From contig JAUYHB010000022.1 in the NCBI GenBank assembly GCA_030690305.1, positions 1 through 63,326 of the forward strand: a DNA stretch of 63,326 bases, written 5' to 3'. Below the pieces are notes generated by a model that did not search any database, had not been told where the DNA came from, and saw only the letters and a program-made list of their open reading frames with translations. Numbering within the stretch: position 1 is the first letter of the stretch; every line of letters begins with the position of its first letter. This DNA comes from a bacterium. GTDB taxonomy: Bacteria > Patescibacteriota > Minisyncoccia > Phycocordibacterales > JAGLPS01. Shown piece by piece: positions 27,030 to 36,377 of the stretch. The position numbers were made by a program, and so were the translations under genes.

Positions 27030-27887
27030 ATGACCGGACCCAAGAAATACTGCTACTTTAACGGGAAAATTATTCCGTTTTCACAAGCAAAAATAAGTGT
27101 AGACGACTTAGGGGTGACGCGGGGCTATGGTGTGTTTGATGTTTCAAAATCATATGAAGATGGAAAAGTGTTTCTTCTTGATGCTCACGTAAACAGATTT
27201 TTCCATTCCGCGGAAACAATTGGCCTTCTGCCTCCGATGTCAAAAAAGACCCTTGCCCGCATTATACAGACGCTTCTAAAGAAAAATGGCGGAGGAGAAG
27301 CGCAAGTGCGTGTTGTGATGACGGGCGGGGCGCCCGTGGACGGATTACGGTTTAATAAAAAGAAACCAACCATATTTATTTTAATAGAACCCTTCATTCC
27401 TTTTCCGCATTCCGTATATAAAAACGGCACAAAACTGATGACCCACGAATTCCAGCGTGCTTTCCCGAGGGCCAAAACAACCAACTATATTACGGCGGTT
27501 TCCTTGCAGGAAGAGCGGGTTAAAACAAAAGCAATAGAGATACTTTTTGTTTCAAGGGGATTTGTGCGAGAGGCGAGCACAAGCAACGTTTTTATTGTCA
27601 AAGGAAATAATGTGATTACGCCCTACGAAGGTATTTTGCTCGGTATTACTCGCGATTTTGTATTAAAACTTGCAAAACCGCTTTATCACATTGAAGAAAG
27701 AAATATCCGAACCGAAGAACTGTTTTCCGCAGACGAAGTGTTTTTGACCGCGACCAATAAAGAGATTGTTCCTATTGTAAACATCGATGGTAAAAAAATA
27801 GGAAACGGCAAGGTGGGGAAAAACACAAAACAGCTGATGCACCTTTTCAGAGAAAAAACAGGACCCTCCTCGATTCAGTTATTGTAA
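27030..27887 (+). CDS. Class IV aminotransferase (branched-chain/D-amino-acid aminotransferase family)
   Basis: 285 aa: GVTRGYGVFD, AKTTNYI and EASTSNVFIVK motifs. Confidence 0.8.
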   Translation: MTGPKKYCYFNGKIIPFSQAKISVDDLGVTRGYGVFDVSKSYEDGKVFLLDAHVNRFFHSAETIGLLPPMSKKTLARIIQTLLKKNGGGEAQVRVVMTGGAPVDGLRFNKKKPTIFILIEPFIPFPHSVYKNGTKLMTHEFQRAFPRAKTTNYITAVSLQEERVKTKAIEILFVSRGFVREASTSNVFIVKGNNVITPYEGILLGITRDFVLKLAKPLYHIEERNIRTEELFSADEVFLTATNKEIVPIVNIDGKKIGNGKVGKNTKQLMHLFREKTGPSSIQLL

Positions 27888-27996
27888 GCAAAGCTTGCAA
27901 CGGCGGTGCTCGGCGATAAAGAATCCATAAATGTCTTCTTTACTCCTTGCTGGCCGTTGTAAGGTCGAAGTTTTTGCGATACTATCCCACAATATC

Positions 27997-28067
27997 GGGG
28001 GATTAGGTAAGTGGTATACCGGCGGTCTCCAAAACCGCATTCGGAGGTCCGATTCCTCCATCCCCCG
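27997..28067 (+). tRNA. tRNA-Trp (anticodon CCA)
   Basis: GGGGGAT-TA-GGTA-AGTGGTA-TACC-G-GCGGT-CTCCAAA-ACCGC-ATTC-GGAGG-TCCGATT-CCTCC-ATCCCCC-G. It ends 3 nt before the next ATG. Confidence 0.8.
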
Positions 28068-28070
28068 CCG

Positions 28071-28373
28071 ATGAAATACAACAAACTTGTGCGGGATAAT
28101 ATTCCCGAACATATCAAAAACAAAGGTGAAATGGCGCTTACCCACATTGCCGACGACAAGGAATATTGGCTGAAGCTTAAGGAAAAGTTATCGGAGGAAG
28201 TAAAAGAATTTTTCGGAAACGAGAGCATTGAAGAAATGGCGGATATTCTTGAGGTGATTGAGGCAATAAACACCTTTAAAGACTTCAACGGCAAAGAACT
28301 GTCCCAGGTGAAAGAGAAAAAAGCGGCAGAGAAAGGGAAATTCCAAAAAAGAATTATCCTTGATGAATCGTAA
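28071..28373 (+). CDS. MazG-like nucleoside triphosphate pyrophosphohydrolase (small all-alpha NTP-PPase)
   Basis: Internal ATG at 28071. MKYNKLVRDNIPEHI...EELADILEVIEAI-type motif. The 3' end overlaps convergent miaA by 20 nt. Confidence 0.6.
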   Translation: MKYNKLVRDNIPEHIKNKGEMALTHIADDKEYWLKLKEKLSEEVKEFFGNESIEEMADILEVIEAINTFKDFNGKELSQVKEKKAAEKGKFQKRIILDES

Positions 28374-29247
28374 AAAATTTTACTTCCTTCTCTATTTTCG
28401 CCAAGTCTGTGAGGGTAAACCATTTAATGCGCGTATCTTTCTTGAACCAGGTCTTTTGTCTTTTTGCATATTTTTTTATCTCGCTTTCAAGCCTGGTAAG
28501 CATTTCATTCTTTGAAAGTCTTTTCTGAAGATACAAAGCAATATATTTGTATTCCAGCCCAAATGACTCAAGCCGTTTAAAAGAAAGCCCGTGGGCACGC
28601 AAATGTTTTACTTCCTCAGCCATTCCTTGCCCCACGCGTTCCAATAATCGGGTACGGATCTTTTTTTGTAGTATGTTGTTGTCTGTAGAAATTCCTATCT
28701 GAAGCGCATCGAATTTTGCCTTCCTTTTTAACGTCGGTACATGCCCCAATTGCTTTGCAATCTCGATTGCCCGAATCAAACGACGGGCATTTTTTGTGTC
28801 TATTGTTCTGTACCTCTTTGGGTCAAGTTTCTTCAGAATCTCGCCCAATTGTGTTACCGATTTTTTCTCCAAGTTACGACGTAATTTTACATTTGGTTTT
28901 ACTTCGGGGAGAGACATATTATCTACTACCGCCTGGATATAAAACCCGGTCCCGCCGCACACAATCGGTAATTTTCCCTTTTTAATGATTTTATTTATCG
29001 TTTTTTCGGCAAGTTTTTTGTATTGAACAACAGTGAACGTTTTTTTGGGGGACGCAATGTCAAGAAGATGGTGGGGAATACCACCCATCTCTTTTTTTGT
29101 TATTTTCCCCGTTCCTATATCAAGCCCTTTGTATACCTGCCGTGAATCCGCGGAAATAATTTCTCCCTTGAATTTTTTTGCCAATTTGACGGCAAGTGCG
29201 CTTTTTCCCGAGGCGGTTGGCCCTAAAATGACAAGTATTTTTTCCAT
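28354..29247 (-). CDS. miaA: tRNA dimethylallyltransferase
   Basis: P-loop ILGPTASGKSALA, then SADSRQVYKGLDIGTGK. ATG at 29247 (the track start at 29250 is GTG). Confidence 0.9.
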   Translation of the reverse strand: MEKILVILGPTASGKSALAVKLAKKFKGEIISADSRQVYKGLDIGTGKITKKEMGGIPHHLLDIASPKKTFTVVQYKKLAEKTINKIIKKGKLPIVCGGTGFYIQAVVDNMSLPEVKPNVKLRRNLEKKSVTQLGEILKKLDPKRYRTIDTKNARRLIRAIEIAKQLGHVPTLKRKAKFDALQIGISTDNNILQKKIRTRLLERVGQGMAEEVKHLRAHGLSFKRLESFGLEYKYIALYLQKRLSKNEMLTRLESEIKKYAKRQKTWFKKDTRIKWFTLTDLAKIEKEVKFFTIHQG

Positions 29248-29277
29248 CACTTCACTCTAGAATAATCTCCAAATATT

Positions 29278-29286
29278 TGCTATCAT
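29278..29286 (+). promoter_or_regulatory. Extended -10 box TGCTATCAT for the 29293-29466 transcript
   Basis: Matches the recurring TGCTATAAT-type box of this genome. Confidence 0.4.
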
Positions 29287-29292
29287 CTCTCC

Positions 29293-29466
29293 TCAGGTCA
29301 CGCGAAGTGCCTGACACCTTCATAATTGAAGGTCTCTCCCGGCACGCAAAGTTTTTTCAGGTGCTTCAAAGGCTTAAGAGCCTGTAAGGTCTTTCGACTT
29401 CTCCCTTTTAGGAAAGTCGCCTAAGCCTTAAAGCCAGGGACTAGAACGTCCCTGGCTTTTTATTTT
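29293..29466 (+). ncRNA. Unclassified small-RNA candidate (about 175 nt)
   Basis: Bounded by the extended -10 box and a strong terminator (AAGCCAGGGAC-tagaac-GTCCCTGGCTTTTTATTTT). It contains no ATG or SD. Several hairpins are present: CCTTCA-taat-TGAAGG, GGCTTA...TAAGCC, CGACTT...AAGTCG. Confidence 0.45.
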
Positions 29467-29468
29467 GC

Positions 29469-29483
29469 ATGCGGGTAGGGAGA
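29469..29483 (-). repeat. Exact 15-nt duplicate of the tRNA-Gly 3' end
   Basis: ATGCGGGTAGGGAGA occurs at 29469-29483 and at 29638-29652. Both copies are preceded by a similar TTATTT context. Confidence 0.85.
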
Positions 29484-29563
29484 TATCTCACTTCTCGAAA
29501 ACCCACGGTTTTCCGACGGGCTGCGCCCTGCCTTCCTACACGGGAAACTCCCGTTTCCCGACC

Positions 29564-29586
29564 CCTTCCCAGTTCGATTCTCCCTA
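29564..29586 (+). repeat. Inverted partial copy of tRNA-Gly (anticodon-loop and T-arm pieces)
   Basis: AGTTCGATTCTCCCTA (29571-29586) is the exact reverse complement of 29645-29660. CCTTCCCA matches the anticodon loop. It cannot fold into a tRNA. Confidence 0.8.
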
Positions 29587-29638
29587 TGTAACTCGTAAAA
29601 ATAAAATACCCGGCATAAAGCCAAGTATTTTATTTCTA

Positions 29639-29709
29639 TGCGGGTAGGGAGAATCGAACTCCCGCCTCAACCTTGGGAAGGTCGCGTCCTACCACTAAAC
29701 CATACCCGC
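29639..29709 (-). tRNA. tRNA-Gly (anticodon CCC)
   Basis: GCGGGTA...CGACC-TTCCCAA-GGTTG-AGGC-GGGAG-TTCGATT-CTCCC-TACCCGC-A. Confidence 0.85.
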
Positions 29710-29753
29710 GCTAGATGAATCTTATCAGTTTTCTCACTTTTTCTTCAACAAAC

Positions 29754-29784
29754 AAAAAGCGTCAACAATGAAGTTGACGCTTTT
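29754..29784 (-). terminator. Terminator of the 29795..30223 gene
   Basis: AAAAAGCGTCAAC-aatgaa-GTTGACGCTTTT. Confidence 0.65.
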
Positions 29785-29794
29785 GGATTCAGCC

Positions 29795-30223
29795 CTATTT
29801 GAGGGCTTCGGGAAGATAGGGGAAAGAAAGAGTTCCTCTGGGCTTTGTAAGCACGCCTTTCGAAAAATCGATGCCGCTCCTAATGGCTTCAAGAAATTTT
29901 TCCTTGTATTTCTGCGCGTAATACACCGGTGCCTCTCCTTCTTTCCGCTTGATCCGCAGATTGCCGTAGAAAGGGCTGTTGCATGCGCCGTACTCAATCA
30001 GCGCTTCCAAGTCGCATGCTTTGTACCCGAGTTCCACGTACTGTCTTTCAAATAGTTCCCAGGTTTCAAAAATGCTGTTGAATTTTTTCAACATCTTTCC
30101 GAAATTTTCAGGCAGGTCCCCGACCTTGGAATAAATGTAACTTACCACTTCCCCAAATCTGCTTCCCGCCTTCAGGTAAAATTCCTCCACCTTTTCCTCC
30201 GTCAGTGACTCTAAAAATTTCAT
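29795..30223 (-). CDS. Hypothetical protein (142 aa)
   Basis: ATG preceded by AAGGAGGGGG. No recognisable motif. Flanked by tRNA-Gly and tRNA-Leu. Confidence 0.5.
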   Translation of the reverse strand: MKFLESLTEEKVEEFYLKAGSRFGEVVSYIYSKVGDLPENFGKMLKKFNSIFETWELFERQYVELGYKACDLEALIEYGACNSPFYGNLRIKRKEGEAPVYYAQKYKEKFLEAIRSGIDFSKGVLTKPRGTLSFPYLPEALK

Positions 30224-30414
30224 ATTCCCCCTCCTTTTTTAAGAACAAACCTATCCAACTTCTCTATTTAATAGAATAGCGCAAAACAAACTCCTGTCGA
30301 GTAAAAATCCCCGAAGGGATTATTATTTTTCGCGTCATACAACCCCGTATCAGGAAGATAGGAGCGAAGCGACGTAAGAAACCGCAGGTGTCTTAAGCGG
30401 GGGTCGGGGTTGTA

Positions 30415-30501
30415 TGGTGCCGAGGGAGGGACTTGAACCCTCATGATGTTGCCACCGCGGGATTTTGAGTCCCGTGCGTCTACCAATTCCGCCACCTCGG
30501 C
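30415..30501 (-). tRNA. tRNA-Leu (anticodon CAA), CCA encoded
   Basis: Acceptor GCCGAGG/CCTCGGC, anticodon arm CGGGA-CTCAAAA-TCCCG, long variable arm. Confidence 0.85.
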
Positions 30502-30586
30502 ATACTGGTATACGTTACTACAAAGGCGGTGCCCTTTCAATTCGAAAAGTAAACGGGGTATGTTAAAATAGGTTATTACTCCGACC

Positions 30587-31579
30587 ATGTCCAATTTCTA
30601 CAACGATTCAATTTTCTGGATTGAAACCGAAAAAATAAAACCAAACCCTTTCCAACCGAGGCGTGATTTCGATTCGGCTCAGCTGGAAAGTCTTGCCGAT
30701 TCGGTGCGCCAGTACGGAATTCTGCAGGCCCTTGTCGTGACGAGAAAGGAAGTGCCGATGGAGAACGGCGGATTGGCGGTTGAATACGAACTTATCGCCG
30801 GAGAACGCCGTCTTAGAGCGGCAAAGATCGCGGGACTCTCTTCGGTTCCGGCTCTTATCCGCACCGGAGAGGAAAGCGATTTGATGAAGCTTGAGATTGC
30901 CATCATAGAAAATATCCAGAGAGAAGACCTTAATCCAGTTGACCGCGCCCGCGCGTTCCAACGTCTTGTCGATGAATTCGGATTCAAGCATGGGCAGATA
31001 GGCAAGAAAGTCGGCAAAAGCCGAGCATATGTCACAAACACTATGCGTATTCTCTCTTTGCCCGTTGAGATTTTGGATGCATTGTCGGCGGGACAGATTT
31101 CGGAAGGACACACACGCCCCTTGATGATGCTTGAAGACAGGCCGGAAGAACAGACCACCCTCTTTAAGGAAATCATGTATAAAAAAATGTCGGTCCGGGA
31201 AGCTGAAGCAATTTCACGTAAAATCGCCTTTGACCGCATTCGAAACAAGGAATATATTCCCGACCCTGAACTTATGGAATTGGAAGGGAAATTGGCCGAG
31301 TCTCTCGGAACTCGTGTTTCAATCGAGCGCAAAGAAACGGGGGGAAAAATTCTTATCGATTTCTTCTCAAACGAGGACTTGAAAACCATTCTTGATCTTA
31401 TCAACTCAAGCTCGACGAAACGTCCAAACGAAATGCTCAATCGCCATATTGCTTCTTTGGAAAATAAAAACAAGGAAGAGGTTTCCGGTGATTCCGTTGC
31501 CGATACGCCGCTTGATGACCGTTCTTCGGAGGAGAAAGGCGACGAAGACCTTTACTCGATAAAAAACTTTACCGTTTAG
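30587..31579 (+). CDS. parB: Chromosome partitioning protein ParB/Spo0J
   Basis: ParB box LIAGERRLRAAK, an HTH region, and an acidic C-terminal tail. No parA gene is adjacent. Confidence 0.9.
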   Translation: MSNFYNDSIFWIETEKIKPNPFQPRRDFDSAQLESLADSVRQYGILQALVVTRKEVPMENGGLAVEYELIAGERRLRAAKIAGLSSVPALIRTGEESDLMKLEIAIIENIQREDLNPVDRARAFQRLVDEFGFKHGQIGKKVGKSRAYVTNTMRILSLPVEILDALSAGQISEGHTRPLMMLEDRPEEQTTLFKEIMYKKMSVREAEAISRKIAFDRIRNKEYIPDPELMELEGKLAESLGTRVSIERKETGGKILIDFFSNEDLKTILDLINSSSTKRPNEMLNRHIASLENKNKEEVSGDSVADTPLDDRSSEEKGDEDLYSIKNFTV

Positions 31580-33131
31580 GGATTTTTTGTTCCGCTTTTT
31601 CTAATACCGTTTTAATGTGTCTGCGGGCAAGGCTTGTTTTGACAACCTCAAGCCATTTTTGTGTCGGCACGCTTGAAGGTTTAACGATAACCTCGACGAT
31701 GTCGCCGTTTTTAAGAGACGAGTCGAATGAAACGAGTTTTCCGTTCACTTTGGCTCCCGCCATATGGTCTCCGATGTCCGAGTGAATGCTGTATGCGAAA
31801 TCAATGGGTGTTGAATATATCGGCAAATCAACAACGTCTCCTTTTGGGGTAAAGACGAAAATACGTTCATCAAAAAAATCCGCCTTAAGATTGTCGATAT
31901 AGTCCTCCTTTTCCGTTGCAAGAGCGGATTGGTATTCGGCGAGTTCCTTTATCCATGTCGGGATATCCGTCGCTTTTTCGCTTGATACAAAAGTCTCCCC
32001 GGCTGGCCCTTTTTCTTTCTTAAATAGGCGGGGAAGTAGTTTTGTAATCCAGGCAAACCACGCGAAAGCCGGATTCTCCCCTCCGCTGCTTTTTCCGAAT
32101 TCTCCTTTATACGTGAGATGCGAAGCGATTCCATATTCCGATTCTTTGTGCATCTCTTCGGTTTTTATATGAACATCGATTATCGCTCCATCGCCGGTAA
32201 AAATCGTGGTATGTATCGCACGGTATCCGTTTGGTTTTGGGAAAGCGATGTAGTCTTTGATTCGTCCCGGAAGTGGCCGCCATGTCGCGTGAATGGTGCC
32301 GAGCACTTTGTAGCAGTCTTCAATCGTTGGAACGATAATGCGTATGGCAAGCACATCGTAAATTTTTTCTATGTTTTTTTCCTTCCGCACGTATTTTTTA
32401 TACAAACTGAAAATACTCTTGATGCGATAATCGGTTTTGATTTTCGTGAGTCCCGATTTGGCAAGCGCTTTGACGATTGATTTATGAAATTTCTCAAGCC
32501 GCTGGGCATCTTCTTTCTTCCTTCCTTTTAAAATCGCCTCGATTTCCTTGTATTCCTTCGGGTGCACATAAGGAAACGAAAGATTTTCAAGCTCGCGTTG
32601 TAGTTTTCTGATGCCGAGGCGATAGGCGATAGGGGCGTAAATCTGCAGGGTTTCTTCCGCAATGCGGATTCTTTTGTGTTCGGGAACGTGCTGAAGCGTT
32701 TCCATATTATGCAATCGGTCGGCGAGTTTGATGATAAGTACCCGCACATCTTGAGACATTGCCACGAACAATTTCCTCAAACTTTCGTTATGCCGTTTGC
32801 TTCCGTGATAACGGATTTTCCCGAGCTTGGTAACGCCCTCAACAAGAAAAAGGATGTCTTTCCCGAATTGTTTTTCTATTTCCGATGCAGGAGCATTGCC
32901 GTCTTCCAAGACGTCGTGCAAAAGACCGGCGGCTATCGTTGTCGGTCCCATCCCGAGTTGAGCGAGGTTTCTCGCGGTTTCCGTCGTGTGGGTGAAGTAG
33001 GGCTCTCCCGAAAATCGTTTTTGATTTGCATGCACTTTTTCCGAAAAATGATATGCCCGTGCAACAAGGTCGGACTCCTCTTTCGAGGGTACAATTTTCA
33101 TTGCACTTACGATTTCGGCAAGGGTAGCCAT
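31569..33131 (-). CDS. rel: Bifunctional (p)ppGpp synthetase/hydrolase (RelA/SpoT homolog)
   Basis: HD hydrolase domain (LLHDVLEDG), synthetase domain (YRAIHTTI) and a TGS domain (GDIVEVI). Confidence 0.9.
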   Translation of the reverse strand: MATLAEIVSAMKIVPSKEESDLVARAYHFSEKVHANQKRFSGEPYFTHTTETARNLAQLGMGPTTIAAGLLHDVLEDGNAPASEIEKQFGKDILFLVEGVTKLGKIRYHGSKRHNESLRKLFVAMSQDVRVLIIKLADRLHNMETLQHVPEHKRIRIAEETLQIYAPIAYRLGIRKLQRELENLSFPYVHPKEYKEIEAILKGRKKEDAQRLEKFHKSIVKALAKSGLTKIKTDYRIKSIFSLYKKYVRKEKNIEKIYDVLAIRIIVPTIEDCYKVLGTIHATWRPLPGRIKDYIAFPKPNGYRAIHTTIFTGDGAIIDVHIKTEEMHKESEYGIASHLTYKGEFGKSSGGENPAFAWFAWITKLLPRLFKKEKGPAGETFVSSEKATDIPTWIKELAEYQSALATEKEDYIDNLKADFFDERIFVFTPKGDVVDLPIYSTPIDFAYSIHSDIGDHMAGAKVNGKLVSFDSSLKNGDIVEVIVKPSSVPTQKWLEVVKTSLARRHIKTVLEKAEQKIPKR

Positions 33132-33167
33132 TGCCTTTTATTCTACGCAAAAGCGTTTGATACGCAA

Positions 33168-35339
33168 TTAGCCTGTTTTTTCCGCAAGCTTATGCGGATT
33201 ATGGTTTGGACAATTTTTATCACTGCATCGTTCCGGTATCGTTTTTGTACCTTCCATCATCAATGAGCTGCATAGGGGGCACGTGGTGCCTGTCGGTTTC
33301 GCCTTTATGGCGTATTTGCACCTGGGGTAGTTACTGCAACTGTAAAACGCGCCGAAGCGTCCGCGCCGTTCCATCATTTCTCCTTCTTTGCATGTCGGGC
33401 ATTTGATTCCTGTCGTTGGACGTACCTGATTTGGATCGTCTTTAATAAAACGGCATTTGGGATATCTGCTGCAGGCAATAAAACGTCCGTACTTTCCCTC
33501 GCGTTCAACAAGTTTTCCCTTTTGGCAGTCCGGGCATATCTCGCCGGTTTCTTTTGCCGCTTCAACAACCGAACCATCCATGGTGCGCGCCCCTTTGCAG
33601 TCCGGAAACTTTTCGCAACTTAAAAATTTTCCTCCACGGCCGAGTTTAATCACCATTGCGCTTCCGCACACGGGACATCGCATACTTTTATCCGCTTCTC
33701 CGAGGGTTGTGATTTTTTCGCTGTTTTTTGATTTTTCTTTTACTTCTTTTGAAAATGGCCTGTAGAATGTTTTGAGTGTTTTTTCATACTCGCTCTCACC
33801 TTTGGCAATACTGTCGAGTTGGTCCTCCATTTCCGCGGTAAACGTGTCGCTGATATAATGCGCAAAATTCTTTTCCAAAAACTCACTCACCACTTCTCCG
33901 GTATCGGTCGGTTTAAGCATGCGTCCTTCCTTTGTGGTGTACCCGCGGTCAATCAGGGTTTTGATGGTGGAAGCATACGTCGACGGGCGTCCGATACCTC
34001 GCTTCTCAAGTTCTTTGACGAGTCCGGCTTCCGAATAGCGGAAGGGAGGTAACGTTTCTTTTTGTTCGTTACGCATTTCCGTCAAACTGAGATTTTCTCC
34101 TTTGGAAACTTTCGGCAATTCCACTTCTTCCCCACGTGCCCGCGTGTCGGCTTTAAACCACCCGTCAAAAGTGATATGCGAACCTGTTGTGGCGAATTCC
34201 GGGATATTCTCAATGGCAACGCTGATTTTTGTTCGGAGCATAACAGCGGGCTTCATCTGGGAAGCGACCGCCCGTTGCCAGATAAGCCGGTACACCGCTT
34301 TCTCCGCATCGTTTCCCCCCGCGATTTCTTTTGAAAAGTTAGTCGGGCGGATGGCCTCGTGCGCTTCCTGAGCATTTTTACTTGTCGTTTTATACGTTTG
34401 GGAAAGATGATAATTTTCTCCGTACTTTTCTTTTATTGTTGCGGCAATCTGACTTTGAGCCGAGGTGCTTAAAGCGGTGCTGTCCGTTCTCATGTATGTG
34501 ATGAGACCGGCTTCATACAGTTTTTGCGCAAGGGACATTGTGCGCGACGGAGCAAGTCCCAGGCGGCTGCTTGCGGCCTGCTGAAGGGTTGAGGTGATGA
34601 AGGGTGCACGGGCGGGCCGTTTGACCTCGGTTTCCTTGATATCTGCAACCATCCACGCGGATTTTTTCCCGACTTCCAGAATTCGCTCGGTCTCTTTTTT
34701 ATCGGTGGGTTCTTCGGCGCATGTGAGCGTGAACGCTTGACCTTTCTGCGTCGTCACATCGGCGTAAAGTATCCAATATGTATGAGGCTGAAAGGCGCGA
34801 ATTTCCCGTTCACGTTCGGCAAGGATGCGTAAAGCGGGGGACTGCACGCGTCCGGCGGACAAACCGTAACGTACTTTTTTCCAAATAAGTCCCGAAAGGT
34901 CGTAGCCGACAAGACGGTCAAGCACGCGCCGCGCTTCCTGGGCTTCCTTAAGATTCATGTCGATTGGGCGCGGATGTTTAAGTGCGTCTTCGACGGCTTC
35001 TCTTGTGATTTCATGAAAAACGATTCGTTTGGGGTTTTTAAGACCGGCTGCCTCCTTCACGTGCCAGGCGATCGCTTCTCCTTCGCGGTCGGGGTCCGTT
35101 GCCAAATACACTTCGTCTGATTTTTTTGCAAGGGCTTTTATTTCCTGAATAATCTTTTCTTTCCCGTGTGGAATCTCATAATGGGGAATAAACCCATTCT
35201 CGATATCAATGGCTTTTTTTGCCGACTTTGGAAGGTCGCGCACATGTCCTACGGACGCCGTTACTTTAAAACTGTCGTCCAGATATTTTGAAATCGTTTT
35301 TGCCTTTGCAGGAGACTCGACGATCAGTAATTTTTTCAT
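33168..35339 (-). CDS. topA: DNA topoisomerase I
   Basis: TOPRIM domain (LLIVESPAKAKTI, ATDPDREGE), active-site region (GLITYMRTDS) and several C-terminal CxxC zinc ribbons. Confidence 0.95.
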   Translation of the reverse strand: MKKLLIVESPAKAKTISKYLDDSFKVTASVGHVRDLPKSAKKAIDIENGFIPHYEIPHGKEKIIQEIKALAKKSDEVYLATDPDREGEAIAWHVKEAAGLKNPKRIVFHEITREAVEDALKHPRPIDMNLKEAQEARRVLDRLVGYDLSGLIWKKVRYGLSAGRVQSPALRILAEREREIRAFQPHTYWILYADVTTQKGQAFTLTCAEEPTDKKETERILEVGKKSAWMVADIKETEVKRPARAPFITSTLQQAASSRLGLAPSRTMSLAQKLYEAGLITYMRTDSTALSTSAQSQIAATIKEKYGENYHLSQTYKTTSKNAQEAHEAIRPTNFSKEIAGGNDAEKAVYRLIWQRAVASQMKPAVMLRTKISVAIENIPEFATTGSHITFDGWFKADTRARGEEVELPKVSKGENLSLTEMRNEQKETLPPFRYSEAGLVKELEKRGIGRPSTYASTIKTLIDRGYTTKEGRMLKPTDTGEVVSEFLEKNFAHYISDTFTAEMEDQLDSIAKGESEYEKTLKTFYRPFSKEVKEKSKNSEKITTLGEADKSMRCPVCGSAMVIKLGRGGKFLSCEKFPDCKGARTMDGSVVEAAKETGEICPDCQKGKLVEREGKYGRFIACSRYPKCRFIKDDPNQVRPTTGIKCPTCKEGEMMERRGRFGAFYSCSNYPRCKYAIKAKPTGTTCPLCSSLMMEGTKTIPERCSDKNCPNHNPHKLAEKTG

Positions 35340-35478
35340 AATGTAAAGGGATTGAACCTTTGTTGTCGTCCCTCGTTCGGGAATAAAAAAGTTTTTTCAT
35401 TCCCCTCACTCGCTAGACAATAACCCCATTAGTACTACAAAGAATTTTTTTTTGCAAATTAGAACATCTGCCGCTCTT

Positions 35479-36333
35479 TCATTTCAAACGGATTTCGCCG
35501 AGTGTTTCTTCAATGAGTCCTTTGATTTCAAGCATGGATAAAATCGCCTGTGCACGGCTTGTCCCCATTTTGCTTTTCCGTATCAAGTCATCCCGTCCAA
35601 GCGGTTCCCGAAGCAGTGCGATAATGGTTTTTTCTTCCGCCGAACAATCGTCATAATTTTTTTCTTTGCTGATTTCTTCTTTGAAACCAAGCGCCTCGCG
35701 CAAATCCGCCCCGCACGTAACGGGCGTAGCTCCCAGGCGGATTAAAAGGTGCGGTCCGGTTGAATTTGCCGAAAATATTGAACCGGGAACGGTGAAAACA
35801 TCTCTATTATATTCGGAAGCCAACCGCGCCGTGATAAGCGTTCCGGATTTCTTTTCCGCCTCAATGACAAGTACGGCATGGCTTATACCTGCCATGATTC
35901 TATTGCGTTGAGGAAACGACCATACGGTCGCCTTGAAATCATCCTCGAATTCCGAAAGAAGCGCCCCTCCGGAAGAAAGGATTTCTTTTGCAAGTGCGCG
36001 ATGAATACCGGGATACAAGACCGAATCCCCGAGTCCTGACCCGGGAACGGCGACGGTGGGGAGTCGTGCGGAAAGCGCCGCTTTATGGGCGATTGAATCG
36101 ATGCCCAAGGCAAGGCCGGAGACCACAGTCACGGATAACCCCCTCAGTCCTTCAATCAATTCTTCGCATACCGATTTTCCGTACGGGGTGTATTTACGGG
36201 CGCCCACAACGCACAGGTATTTTTCGGTCGAAGGAAAAGTGCCCCGCAGGTGCAATTTCTTCGGAGGGTCGGTGATTTCCTTCAAAAGCGGAGGAAATTC
36301 CTTGGGAGTAAGAATAATGGAGGGAAATAGCAT
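35479..36333 (-). CDS. dprA: DNA-processing protein DprA
   Basis: Rossmann-like DprA core (VVSGLALGIDSIAHKAAL, GTLITA) and a C-terminal wHTH. ATG 36333 is preferred over the GTG at 36375, which would abut the serS start. Confidence 0.85.
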   Translation of the reverse strand: MLFPSIILTPKEFPPLLKEITDPPKKLHLRGTFPSTEKYLCVVGARKYTPYGKSVCEELIEGLRGLSVTVVSGLALGIDSIAHKAALSARLPTVAVPGSGLGDSVLYPGIHRALAKEILSSGGALLSEFEDDFKATVWSFPQRNRIMAGISHAVLVIEAEKKSGTLITARLASEYNRDVFTVPGSIFSANSTGPHLLIRLGATPVTCGADLREALGFKEEISKEKNYDDCSAEEKTIIALLREPLGRDDLIRKSKMGTSRAQAILSMLEIKGLIEETLGEIRLK

Positions 36334-36377
36334 TTTTGTTTTGCTCTCTATATAATATGTAATACTACCAGACACCT

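Noticed and set aside
27888-27996. The spacer after the aminotransferase gene contains TGTAAGGTC and a long-range stem (TTGCAACGGC/GCCGTTGTAA), which raised the possibility of another member of the repeat family.
   Set aside because: Apart from the 8-9-nt TGTAAGG string, which could occur by chance in 63 kb, there is no alignable similarity to modules M1-M5.
29293-29466. The sRNA candidate might be identified as SRP RNA, 6S RNA, tmRNA or RNase P RNA.
   Set aside because: None of the conserved cores I know is present (SRP GGAA-tetraloop helix with AGCA, RNase P GAGGAAAGUCC, tmRNA tRNA-like ends). It is left unclassified.
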